Part shown: positions 54,203 to 63,254 of the stretch, in pieces
Layout: every line of letters starts with the position of its first letter
Position numbering within the stretch: the stretch's first letter is position 1
Source of the DNA: Bdellovibrionales bacterium
GTDB lineage: Bacteria; Bdellovibrionota; Bdellovibrionia; Bdellovibrionales; JAGQZY01
Length of the DNA stretch: 64,000 nucleotides
Assembly (NCBI GenBank): GCA_019750295.1
Contig: JAIEOS010000048.1
Coordinates: 2,469 to 66,468 of the forward strand
Direction: 5' to 3'
The notes under the pieces: model-generated
The model's database searches: none
The model's input: only the letters and a program-made list of their open reading frames with translations
What the model was told of the DNA's origin: nothing
Made by a program: the position numbers and the translations under genes

Positions 54203-55956
54203 TTCTTCTGGTGTTTTACTTTTTTATCGTCAAGCGGGTGCCGGAATATTTTCCATTGATTGTCATACTTTTACCCTTGCTCACATCTCTTCAGATCAAA
54301 TCATCGCAAAAGCACGTAGAAAGTTTTAAATACTCCATTTTAGTTTTGGTGATTATTTTCTTTAGCGCAGGCGCATTCGAGCCCAAGCCCCATGTAAGCT
54401 ACGCCTTCGCACCGATCAACACGTCGGAAAAGGTGAGCGAGTCTCGGTTTAATCTCTTATTCAGAACGGATCTCTATACGCGCGAAAACGGAGATTATTT
54501 CTATGTGATTGATGGCAGGAAGTTCGCTTGGATTCCACGCTTCTGGCTCGCCAATAAGATTTTAGGGAATGATCCGATTCGACCCCACATTCATAATGTC
54601 CCTTATTTTTTCTTAAAGCCGAAGAAAGTTCTTGTGATTGGTTGTTCTGAGGGGAAAAACGTCCTGACCGCCATACGCGGGGGAGCAAAAGACATTACGG
54701 CTCTAGATATCAATCCTCACGTCTTTGATATTTTCAGAGAAGATTTGGCGGGCCTTGGCAAACTCATATATTTTCGGCCGGAGGTGAAAACGGTCGTCGC
54801 CGAAGGTCGCCACTTCATTAGTTCCTCCCAAGAGAAATACGATCTTATCACACTCCAAGGTGTTCAATCGGGGAATACGATCTCAAATATCTCCACGGTA
54901 AAGATTGAATCCCATCTCTTTACGAAGGAAGCGTTGATTGCGATGTGGAATGCGCTATCGGACGACGGAATGTTATTTTTTGACGAATATACCCTGCCGA
55001 ATATGTACAATGTGACTTTTCTTCAACAACTTCTATATACGGCTCGCGAGGCGATTCCGCTGGATGATTTTGAGTCTCATGTTTTTTACTACGGGTATGA
55101 GCAGCACGGAGACTATATCGAGCTTTCATCACAGCCAGGGGCTCGATCACGAGAGGGATTTATTCTCAGTAAAAAGCCGATATCTGTTGCCCCGGTCAAA
55201 ACCTTTCTTGATCAGGGATTTTTTCAACAGAAGCCCATTCCTACATCGAAAGACAACATAAAACCTCTAACGGATGACACTGCGACATTCACTCATCGTG
55301 AGTTGGCCTACCTGCCTCAATGGTATTTGGGTCTAGCACTATTGAGTGTGTTCATTCTTATTTATCTAGGGTGGAAATGGTTTGGCCGCGGAAATTATCT
55401 TTCGGTGGCGTTGCCTCTCTCCCTTACAGGTGTAGGCTATATGTTCTTTGTAGCCGGTCTTGCATCGAAGATATTTATCTGGTTAGGGCACCCGGCTTAT
55501 GTTGTGCCTGCGCTTTACATTCCCCTCTATGCCATCAGTTTGATGGGTGGATTATGGTTACTGAAGGCGAAGTTTAGTAACGGTCTTTACTCTTTACTTA
55601 TGCTTTTAGCTTTGGCCACGGGAATTTTAATCTTCGAGGCCCCGCTGTCAAAAGCGATACTCTCCCAACCGTCCTTTATGATAAAAGTTATTTTTACACT
55701 GATGACGGTCGGTATTTTTGCGATGCTTGCGGAGATACCCTACATTTTTGGGTTGCGAAGTTTTCAAAATACAACACTCGCTCGCGCCAATGCACTTGAG
55801 CATGTTGGTAATCTGACGGGCATCCTTTTTTCGCTTTACGTTCAGGAAATCTATGGCGTCGGCTTGTTGTTTAAACTGACTCTGGGTATTTTTGGGATCA
55901 TTGCCGCTTTATTTATTTTACAGCTTTTTGGTAAAATTAAGATTCAGCAGGTTTAA
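54103..55956 (+). CDS. Membrane-embedded spermidine synthase-like (class I SAM-dependent transferase fold) protein
   Basis: TM helices on both sides of a cytoplasmic domain with VLVIGCSEGKNVL...ITALDINPHVFDI...EKYDLITLQG (aminopropyl/methyltransferase fold). N-terminus probably continues from 53816 through a frameshift. Confidence 0.8.
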   Translation: MSLPFIGFGICLTTLFSRYTLKMLIICLNIAGLILLVFYFFIVKRVPEYFPLIVILLPLLTSLQIKSSQKHVESFKYSILVLVIIFFSAGAFEPKPHVSYAFAPINTSEKVSESRFNLLFRTDLYTRENGDYFYVIDGRKFAWIPRFWLANKILGNDPIRPHIHNVPYFFLKPKKVLVIGCSEGKNVLTAIRGGAKDITALDINPHVFDIFREDLAGLGKLIYFRPEVKTVVAEGRHFISSSQEKYDLITLQGVQSGNTISNISTVKIESHLFTKEALIAMWNALSDDGMLFFDEYTLPNMYNVTFLQQLLYTAREAIPLDDFESHVFYYGYEQHGDYIELSSQPGARSREGFILSKKPISVAPVKTFLDQGFFQQKPIPTSKDNIKPLTDDTATFTHRELAYLPQWYLGLALLSVFILIYLGWKWFGRGNYLSVALPLSLTGVGYMFFVAGLASKIFIWLGHPAYVVPALYIPLYAISLMGGLWLLKAKFSNGLYSLLMLLALATGILIFEAPLSKAILSQPSFMIKVIFTLMTVGIFAMLAEIPYIFGLRSFQNTTLARANALEHVGNLTGILFSLYVQEIYGVGLLFKLTLGIFGIIAALFILQLFGKIKIQQV

Positions 55957-55968
55957 ATCGCAAAATAT

Positions 55969-56796
55969 TTAATTGGTATCGAGTTTTAAAATAAACTGAG
56001 TGAGAAATGCAGAAAATCGCTCCTCGACGGACTGAGCGCGCTCGGTGACCTCTTCATGAGTGAGTCTGTTGTTGGATATGCCTGCAGCAAGATTGGTGAT
56101 GCAACTGACAGCACAGACTCGTAAGCCCAGATGATTTGCGGCGATACTTTCGGGCACCGTACTCATCCCAACGGCTTTACCGCCGATCAATTGAAGAAAG
56201 CGAACTTCTGCGGGAGTTTCGTAAGCGGGACCACTCACGCCGCAATAGATTCCACGCCAAGAACGAATCTGCATAGCATCTAATGTCGAAATTAATTTTT
56301 GAGTGAGTTTTTTATCGTAAGCCTCTGTCATGTCGGGGAATCGTGGTCCTAGATTTTTTATGTTTGGTCCCATCAAAGGATTTATTCCCATCAGATTAAT
56401 ATGATCTTCGATGACCATAAAATCTCCAGGAGACATGTGAGGATCTAATCCGCCCGCGGAATTCGTCAACATGGCCATTTCAATTCCTAGCATGGCTAAG
56501 GTGCGAATCGGATAGACGACCTGCTCCATTGTGAAGCCTTCGTAGTAATGGACGCGGCCTTGGAGAATTGCGACGGGGGTTGCTCCCACGTGACCTAAAA
56601 TTAAGCGGCCGCTGTGACCTTCTACCGTGGGTGCTCCGAAGTGAGGGATTTCGCTGTAGGGAATCGAAGTTTCAACTTTTACATTTTTAACAAAAGCGCC
56701 CAGCCCCGAACCCAATACGATTCCTAACTTAGGTTTGAGTGATGACTTGGCTCGGATAAAGCTTGTAGTTTCTTGTAGGTTCTCGATAACCGCCAT
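55969..56796 (-). CDS. Purine nucleoside phosphorylase (trimeric PNP/PunA type)
   Basis: GIVLGSGLG, TVEGHSGRLILG, LTNSAGGL, GMSTVPE and ITNLAAG motifs. Confidence 0.93.
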   Translation of the reverse strand: MAVIENLQETTSFIRAKSSLKPKLGIVLGSGLGAFVKNVKVETSIPYSEIPHFGAPTVEGHSGRLILGHVGATPVAILQGRVHYYEGFTMEQVVYPIRTLAMLGIEMAMLTNSAGGLDPHMSPGDFMVIEDHINLMGINPLMGPNIKNLGPRFPDMTEAYDKKLTQKLISTLDAMQIRSWRGIYCGVSGPAYETPAEVRFLQLIGGKAVGMSTVPESIAANHLGLRVCAVSCITNLAAGISNNRLTHEEVTERAQSVEERFSAFLTQFILKLDTN

Positions 56797-56813
56797 GCCG
56801 CGTGCTTCCCGTT

Positions 56814-58133
56814 CTAAAGTTTGTCTAATATCAAACTGGTCATTGCCGGCTTTTGCAAGGAAATCTTATAAGCCGTAGTCAAAAACGCTTCGGACTGAAA
56901 GATCTTTTGCGAATCGCTACCAAAGACAGAAAAAAGTTTTTCGTTTTTATTGATCCGATCACCGACCTTTTTATGAACAATAATACTTGCAGCAAGGTCT
57001 AATTGTTCCCCAGTCACTTTACGGCCTGCACCGAGAGCAATCGCAGCATAACCGATAGCTTCGGTGTCGTAGTTGGCAAGGTATCCATCAGATGTGGCGC
57101 AAATATGATGCCATCCGTCTACAGGGGGTTGAATGATTTGGTCGGGATCACCACCTTGAGATTTTACAATCTCGCACCATTTTTGGTAGGCCCCACCGTT
57201 CTCTAAGGTGGTTTTAGCGTGCTCGTAGGCCGCCGGATGATCTTTCCATTGACCAGAGAGAACCAACATTTCTGCGGATAACTGTAATGTCAGTTCGCGC
57301 GTATCACTAAAATCTTGAGGACCATATCCGAAGTAAGACTGACCGGTCATGAGCGACATGCACTCTAAAATCTCAATGCCGTTTCCTATAAATCGACCCA
57401 AGGGCTCTTCCATATTTGTGATGTAAGCTCGAGTCTTAACTCCATTATCTTCACCCGTTTTAACTAGCCATCGTGCAAGTTCACGAGCTTGGGAAATATT
57501 TTTCATAAATGCACCGGAACCACATTTAACGTCTAACACAAGACCCTTAATACCTTCGGCAATTTTTTTAGAGAGAATACTTCCGCAGATGAGCGGAAGG
57601 GACTCTACAGTTCCTGTCACGTCTCTCAGAGCGTAGATTTTTTTATCAGCCGGGCAGATGTCTTCGGTTTGACCGATGATTGCACCTTTTATTTTTTCAA
57701 CTTGCTCCTGAAACTGCTCCAAGGTGAGCTGAGTTTTAAATCCTTTAATGCTTTCTAGCTTATCAATCGTTCCGCCAGTGTGGCCTAAGCCACGGCCTGC
57801 AATCATAGGAACACGAACTCCGCAGGCGGCGACAAGGGGAGCAATAATTAAACTTGTTTTGTCACCAATTCCGCCAGTACTGTGTTTATCAACCGGAAGT
57901 GAGTCGGTGTTTTTGAAAGTTAATGTTTTACCAGAATGGAGCATGCAACGAGTGAGCACTGCGGTTTCAGCGGGTGTCATCCCTTTGAGAACAATCGCCA
58001 TCAATAGAGCGCTCATTTGGTAATCGGGAATTGTTCCTTTGTGATATCCGGAAACAAAAAAATCAATTTCGTGTTCACTAAGATCTTGTCCATCGCGTTT
58101 TTTGCGGATCACGGCCGCAGGAAGAAGCATCAT
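56814..58133 (-). CDS. deoA: Thymidine / pyrimidine-nucleoside phosphorylase
   Basis: IRKKRDG...LSEHEIDFFVSGY, DKHSTGGIGDKTSL and GRGLGHTGGTIDKLE motifs. Confidence 0.95.
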   Translation of the reverse strand: MMLLPAAVIRKKRDGQDLSEHEIDFFVSGYHKGTIPDYQMSALLMAIVLKGMTPAETAVLTRCMLHSGKTLTFKNTDSLPVDKHSTGGIGDKTSLIIAPLVAACGVRVPMIAGRGLGHTGGTIDKLESIKGFKTQLTLEQFQEQVEKIKGAIIGQTEDICPADKKIYALRDVTGTVESLPLICGSILSKKIAEGIKGLVLDVKCGSGAFMKNISQARELARWLVKTGEDNGVKTRAYITNMEEPLGRFIGNGIEILECMSLMTGQSYFGYGPQDFSDTRELTLQLSAEMLVLSGQWKDHPAAYEHAKTTLENGGAYQKWCEIVKSQGGDPDQIIQPPVDGWHHICATSDGYLANYDTEAIGYAAIALGAGRKVTGEQLDLAASIIVHKKVGDRINKNEKLFSVFGSDSQKIFQSEAFLTTAYKISLQKPAMTSLILDKL

Positions 58134-58792
58134 GAGCGGGCCATCCAGTCTTTAAGAATTTCTACGCTTTTGGAAGCACCGACACGTTCAACGTTGAGCG
58201 CATAAAACTTTTGGAAGTCATCGTAAGAACGAATCCCACCGCTCGCTTTGATTTTTAAACCGGGACGACCGAGTTCGCGCATCAACTTTATGGCCTCGAC
58301 AGTCGCGCCCGTTCCAAAAAATCCTGTGGACGTTTTGATAAACTCTGCGCCGCTCTCGTTGACCGCCTGAATGGCTTGAGAAAGCTCCTCGCGGGTGAGG
58401 GCTCCGGACTCGACGATAATTTTTGATAAAGCTTTTTTATCGACGGCTTGGATCAAAGTTTTTAATTCGTTTTTGACGAGATTGAAGTCACCGCTCTTGA
58501 GTGCGCCGACGTTCATTACAAAATCGAGTTCGTCAGCACCCAACGAAATCGCATCTTGCGCTTCGGAGAGTTTAGCTTCTGTCGTGTTCGCTCCCAAGGG
58601 GAAGCCAATCACGGTGCAGACTTTGACGGCACTTCCTGCTAACTCTTTTTGAGTGAGGCGGATCCAGCAAGGATTTACACAGACCGAAAAAAAATTGTGC
58701 TCGCGAGCTTCGCGGCAAAGATTTTTCACATCATCGCTGGTAGCATCTTGTTTAAGAACTGTATGGTCGAAGAGATGAGCTATAGTTTTCAT
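58130..58792 (-). CDS. deoC: Deoxyribose-phosphate aldolase
   Basis: MKTIAHLFDHTVLK N-terminus, GFPLG, and FIKTSTGF (Schiff-base Lys). ATG 58792 preferred; the 23-codon extension in the ORF track is encoded by the palindrome. Confidence 0.93.
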   Translation of the reverse strand: MKTIAHLFDHTVLKQDATSDDVKNLCREAREHNFFSVCVNPCWIRLTQKELAGSAVKVCTVIGFPLGANTTEAKLSEAQDAISLGADELDFVMNVGALKSGDFNLVKNELKTLIQAVDKKALSKIIVESGALTREELSQAIQAVNESGAEFIKTSTGFFGTGATVEAIKLMRELGRPGLKIKASGGIRSYDDFQKFYALNVERVGASKSVEILKDWMARS

Positions 58793-58796
58793 ATAA

Positions 58797-58892
58797 CAAT
58801 AGGTAACAGTTCCCTTTTTGATATGCGATGTATAAAAAAACAATTTTGTTTTTTTATACATCGCATATCAAAAAGGGAACTGTTACCTATTG
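58797..58892. repeat. 96-bp perfect palindrome (47-bp arms, 2-nt centre) filling the pilT-deoC intergenic space
   Basis: 58797-58843 pairs without mismatch with 58846-58892 (checked base by base). Begins 2 nt after the pilT stop and ends 4 nt before the deoC ATG. Confidence 0.95.
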
Positions 58893-58894
58893 CA

Positions 58895-60040
58895 TTAGCT
58901 GGTTTTTTTGGGGAACGGGGTGGGAATTCCGGGGGCGCCGAGGGGCGACTTGATCGTCGTGCTGGTGCCCGAATTTCTGTCGGAGATGGACTTTGCCATG
59001 AGAGCCTTTCCAGTTTCGATCGCAATTTGGTTTTCCTGCATCAGTTTCGTAAGAGCATCATCTAGAGTCTGCATTCCTTCAGCCCGTCCGGTCTGCATTG
59101 TCGATTTGATTTGGAAAATTTTGTTTTCGCGAATCAAGTTTCCAATGGCCGTGTTATTAATAAGAATCTCATGAGCTGCGACTCGCCCCTTTCCTAATTT
59201 AGGAAGAAGCAATTGCGAAACGACGGCGCGCAAGCTCTCTGACAGTGCGGAACGTATTTGAGACTGTTGATCCTCGGGGAAGGTGTCGATAATTCGGTCG
59301 ATCGTTTTAGGTGCGCTCATTGTATGGAGCGTGCCAAACACCAAGTGTCCTGTCTCTGCGGCTTTCAATGCAAGGGCAATAGTCTCCGGATCTCGCAACT
59401 CTCCCACGAGAATCACATCTGGGTCTTCTCGAAGAGCGGCTTTAAGTGCGGTGCTAAATGATCGTGTATTCGTTGTGACCTCTCGTTGATTGATCAGTGA
59501 CATCTTATTGGAGTGCACAAATTCGATAGGATCTTCCATCGTTAGGATGTGAAGTTTTTCCGAAGCATTGATCTCATTGATCATGGCCGCAAGTGTTGTC
59601 GATTTTCCAGAACCTGTGGGCCCAGTGACCAGAATGAGTCCCTGGGGGGCACGGATAATGTCGTAGAGAGGTTTTGGTAATCCGAGCTCGTCCATAGATT
59701 TAATTGTTTCCGGAATAAAACGAAAAACCGCTCCGACACCTTTGCGATGCAAGAAAACGTTGCAGCGAAAGCGACCAATATTAGGTGCTTGATACGCGCA
59801 GTCTAATTCCCAGTTTTCTGCGAATCTCTGGCGTTGCTCTTCGGAGAGGAGTTCAAAAATTAATGCTTTGCACTCTTCGTTGGTGAGGTCGCGATAATCG
59901 AGCTTTTCGATCTGACCATCGATTCTTAAGCAAGGAGGCGCTCCTGTGGTTAAATGAAGGTCAGAGGCCCCTTGTTTTACCATCAGTCTAAATAAATCAT
60001 CGAGCTTTGCCATATCCACTCCGTCATTAAAATAACTCAT
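58895..60040 (-). CDS. pilT: Type IV pilus retraction ATPase PilT family
   Basis: GASDLHLTTGAPPCLRIDG, Walker A GPTGSGKST, TMEDPIEF, GHLVFGTLHT. Has a C-terminal extension of about 35 aa. Start may be ATG 60013. Confidence 0.93.
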   Translation of the reverse strand: MSYFNDGVDMAKLDDLFRLMVKQGASDLHLTTGAPPCLRIDGQIEKLDYRDLTNEECKALIFELLSEEQRQRFAENWELDCAYQAPNIGRFRCNVFLHRKGVGAVFRFIPETIKSMDELGLPKPLYDIIRAPQGLILVTGPTGSGKSTTLAAMINEINASEKLHILTMEDPIEFVHSNKMSLINQREVTTNTRSFSTALKAALREDPDVILVGELRDPETIALALKAAETGHLVFGTLHTMSAPKTIDRIIDTFPEDQQSQIRSALSESLRAVVSQLLLPKLGKGRVAAHEILINNTAIGNLIRENKIFQIKSTMQTGRAEGMQTLDDALTKLMQENQIAIETGKALMAKSISDRNSGTSTTIKSPLGAPGIPTPFPKKTS

Positions 60041-60090
60041 ATATTTTTCGGCATTTACGGGGTAAAAATGAAGAACTCGAACGAGGTTTT

Positions 60091-61575
60091 ATGGTTAAAA
60101 CTGAAATTCTTATCCAGTCCAATCGTCTAGAGACCCGTGTGGCGTATCTCGAAAAAGGGGAACTCGTCGATTACAAGGTCGAGCGAAATACAAACCCCAC
60201 TTTGGTCGGTGCGGTTTACCGTGGCCGAGTGGTGAGAGTCCTGCCCGGGATGCAAGCGGCTTTTGTCGATATTGGTCTAGAGAGAGCGGCGTTTCTTTAC
60301 GTGGGAGATGTTCGTGAGGAGGATTTCGTTTTCGAATCCGAAGATGAAGTCGCTGGTTTGTGGAGTGACAAAGAAAAACCAAAAATCCAGGAGCTGTTAA
60401 CTGAGGGTCAGGCCATTCTCGTGCAAGTGGCGAAGGATCCTATTGGATCTAAGGGTGCGCGAATCACGACACATATTTCTATGGCGGGTCGACGGATCGT
60501 CTATCTTCCCACGCTCAGCCACTTTGGAGTCTCTCGCAAAATCGAAAAAGAAGCGGAGCGAGAACGACTCAAGGGTCTCATGGAAAAAAATATCACCGAA
60601 GGCGGAGCTATCGTTCGTACCGTAGGTGATGGAATGACCGAGGACGAGCTCCATAGCGATCTCGAATATCTTCAAAAAGTGTGGAAAGATATTCAAGAGA
60701 ATTACAAATCTTCTCAAAATGTTGGAGCTGTTCACACCGAGGTGGAGTACAGCTTAAGAGTATTAAGAGACATGTTAAATCCGGATGTGGATCGCGTGTG
60801 GGTCGAAGGGCAGAATACCTACGAGCGGATTCAGAAATTTGTCTCTCAGTTTATGCCGATTTATACTAATAAAATTCATCATTACTTCGAAAAAGAACCC
60901 TTGTTTAGTCGGTTTGATATCGATGTCGAAGTGGAAAAAGCTCTCGCGCGCAAAGTGTGGTTGCGTTCGGGTGGATATTTAGTGATCGACGAGGCGGAGG
61001 CCTTGGTCGTTATCGACGTCAACACCGGAAAGTTCGTTGGTAAAAAAGATTTAGAAGACACCATCTTTAAAACCAATATGGAATCTGTCAAAGAGATCGC
61101 GCACCAGATTCGACTTCGTGATTGTAGTGGAATTATCGTGGTCGATTTTATTGACATGCTCGAGCAGGATCATCGGCAAAAAGTTCTTAAGGCTCTCGAG
61201 GAGGAAGTGAAGCGGGATCGGGTGCGCGTTTCGGTCATCTCGATGACGGGACTTGGACTTGTGGAAATGACGAGAAAACGTTTGCGCTCGAGTCTTCGTC
61301 GTACACTTTCGGACCCTTGTTTTTATTGCGAGGGATTGGGAACTCTCAAAAAGAAAGAGACCATCGTTTGCGAAATTTTTCGAGATCTCACTCAGGTTCT
61401 CACCAAAAAGACAATCACCCATCCCATGATTGTTCACTGTCATGGCGATGTAGTGAATTGGGTCTACAGCGAAGAGAGCGAAATGATGGACACTTTCGAG
61501 GAAGAGCTCGGCGTACCGGTGATTTTTCGCACAGACTCTCGCCTCCACTTTGAGGAATTTCGAATCGAAGTTTAA
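60091..61575 (+). CDS. rng: Ribonuclease G (Rne/Rng family)
   Basis: S1 domain (GAVYRGRVVRVLPGMQAAFVDIG), the DNase-I-like/5'-sensor region, and VVIDVNTGKFVG and IIVVDFIDM motifs. Confidence 0.93.
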   Translation: MVKTEILIQSNRLETRVAYLEKGELVDYKVERNTNPTLVGAVYRGRVVRVLPGMQAAFVDIGLERAAFLYVGDVREEDFVFESEDEVAGLWSDKEKPKIQELLTEGQAILVQVAKDPIGSKGARITTHISMAGRRIVYLPTLSHFGVSRKIEKEAERERLKGLMEKNITEGGAIVRTVGDGMTEDELHSDLEYLQKVWKDIQENYKSSQNVGAVHTEVEYSLRVLRDMLNPDVDRVWVEGQNTYERIQKFVSQFMPIYTNKIHHYFEKEPLFSRFDIDVEVEKALARKVWLRSGGYLVIDEAEALVVIDVNTGKFVGKKDLEDTIFKTNMESVKEIAHQIRLRDCSGIIVVDFIDMLEQDHRQKVLKALEEEVKRDRVRVSVISMTGLGLVEMTRKRLRSSLRRTLSDPCFYCEGLGTLKKKETIVCEIFRDLTQVLTKKTITHPMIVHCHGDVVNWVYSEESEMMDTFEEELGVPVIFRTDSRLHFEEFRIEV

Positions 61576-61587
61576 TTTAGATTCTTT

Positions 61588-62109
61588 TTAGATATTAAAG
61601 AATTGAAGAGTGGTGGCGGATGGTTTTTCGATGACCGTCGCCTTAACTCCTGCGGGAACCTGAAGTTTAACCGTAGATATGTCGCCATTGGCAAGATAAG
61701 CCACGGCTTTCTTTCGCAATCCAGAGCTGCGGTCCACATCGATAAGGTAAAAGCCTGACTTTGAGATGACTTCGTTTGAAGCCTGAAGGAGAGCTCCTAG
61801 AGATTCACTTTCCAAAATCAGTAGAGACGTTTGAACTGTAGTTTTGCTTTGTCTAAAATATCCTTCAAGCAGCGAATCTGCGGGTTTCTCAATCCAACAT
61901 AAATCCTGAGGCTTTACGGAAATGCGAATATCAGGCTCTGTGCAAGACCAAAGCTGCAAAGCCTGGCCATTGTGACTTTGTCCCGCTCTTAAGAGAGTAA
62001 AACGCGAGTCTGCACTGAGCTCATTTAAAGCCTGGTAATGATCTCCGATGGAATCAAAAGCCATCATAAGTAAATAAGGACATTTTATAGCCATAACAAC
62101 TTTGACCAA
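61588..62109 (-). CDS. Hypothetical protein (about 170 aa)
   Basis: Clean ORF, 22 nt downstream of the TPR gene on the same strand. TTG 62109 or ATG 62094 start. No recognisable motif. Confidence 0.6.
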   Translation of the reverse strand: MVKVVMAIKCPYLLMMAFDSIGDHYQALNELSADSRFTLLRAGQSHNGQALQLWSCTEPDIRISVKPQDLCWIEKPADSLLEGYFRQSKTTVQTSLLILESESLGALLQASNEVISKSGFYLIDVDRSSGLRKKAVAYLANGDISTVKLQVPAGVKATVIEKPSATTLQFFNI

Positions 62110-62131
62110 AAAAACGAAATGCCGTCAAAGT

Positions 62132-63238
62132 TTATTTTCGGCAAGCATCGATAGTGCTTTTATATTTCTGATGGAGGCGAGGATTTGAGCGCAGAAGGCC
62201 CATGGACGTTTTGAAGTCGCTCGCCACCATCCGAGACAATTTACAGTTCTTTTGATAGGCAACAAGAGCATCATCATAACGTTTTGTTTGGTAGAGCGCG
62301 CGAGCTTGCCCTAAGTACGCGGGGGCGGAAGTGTTATCGATGCCGACGGCGGCTGTGTAGTGTTCAACGGCGGCGACGGGATTACCTTCTTTCATGTAAA
62401 AATCGGCTAACTCTTTTCTTGCCAAAAATGATTTTGGTGTCGCTGTGACCGCGCTGATTAAGGTCTTTTTTGCGAGCTCTTTAGAATCATTGGCCATATA
62501 GGCCTGACTCAAAAATACGGCGCCCTCGGGACTTTCCGGAAGTTGAGATCGTGCGGTTTCGCAAACTTTAATCGCTTCATCCCAGTACCGAGCCTCCACA
62601 GCGTATCGACATCGGTTAATCATATAGGCTTCTTTTTCCCCATTGTTCTCGATGAGCTTTCTGTACACTAAGGTGGCCTCTTCGGCGTAAACCGAAAGAT
62701 ACTTTTCAATCGTTGCCGCCCACTGAAGGTAGGCATCTTCTTTTTTGGGATCTATGCTGATGGCAGTTTTAAAAGCTTCGACAGCAAGAAGCACTTTGGC
62801 TTTCTTTTGTTCCATTGTGGCTTCCTTACCGGCGAGAAGGGCGTAGGATTTACCTTCGATAAATTTAGAATGAGCCGTCGGCGCATTTTTATTCGACCAA
62901 AAGGTGAGAATATTGAGGGCTCCTTTGGCATCGGCGATTTCGAGTTGTGCTTCGGCGAGGCGAATGAGTTCGGTGCCTGTGAGTTTTTCTTGAGCCGGCA
63001 GAATCACGTCCACTGCAGATTTCCACTGTTTCTTTTTGATGTAAAATTCGAAGAGAAATCTCCGACTTGTTACGTTTTCGGGGTTAGCCTGGAGATTTTT
63101 ATACAATTGTTCGACTTCCGAAGAGGCTAAGTCTCTGTCGAGGGCATAGGCTTTTGAGAGGGAAAATACCCCCAAAAAGACGTACAGAATAAGTTTAAAA
63201 ATGCCGATATTAGACATGTACGATTGTATTATCGGCAT
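62132..63238 (-). CDS. Secreted tetratricopeptide-repeat protein
   Basis: Signal peptide (ILYVFLGVFSLSKAYA/LD) followed by repeated A..Y...G....A-type TPR helices across the whole length. Confidence 0.8.
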   Translation of the reverse strand: MPIIQSYMSNIGIFKLILYVFLGVFSLSKAYALDRDLASSEVEQLYKNLQANPENVTSRRFLFEFYIKKKQWKSAVDVILPAQEKLTGTELIRLAEAQLEIADAKGALNILTFWSNKNAPTAHSKFIEGKSYALLAGKEATMEQKKAKVLLAVEAFKTAISIDPKKEDAYLQWAATIEKYLSVYAEEATLVYRKLIENNGEKEAYMINRCRYAVEARYWDEAIKVCETARSQLPESPEGAVFLSQAYMANDSKELAKKTLISAVTATPKSFLARKELADFYMKEGNPVAAVEHYTAAVGIDNTSAPAYLGQARALYQTKRYDDALVAYQKNCKLSRMVASDFKTSMGLLRSNPRLHQKYKSTIDACRK

Positions 63239-63254
63239 TTCACTGGAGAAACTT

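Noticed and set aside
58793-58861. 23-codon N-terminal extension of deoC (MYKKTKLFFYTSHIKKGTVTYCY).
   Set aside because: It is encoded entirely by one arm of the 96-bp palindrome. MKTIAHLFDHTVLK at ATG 58792 matches the usual DeoC N-terminus.
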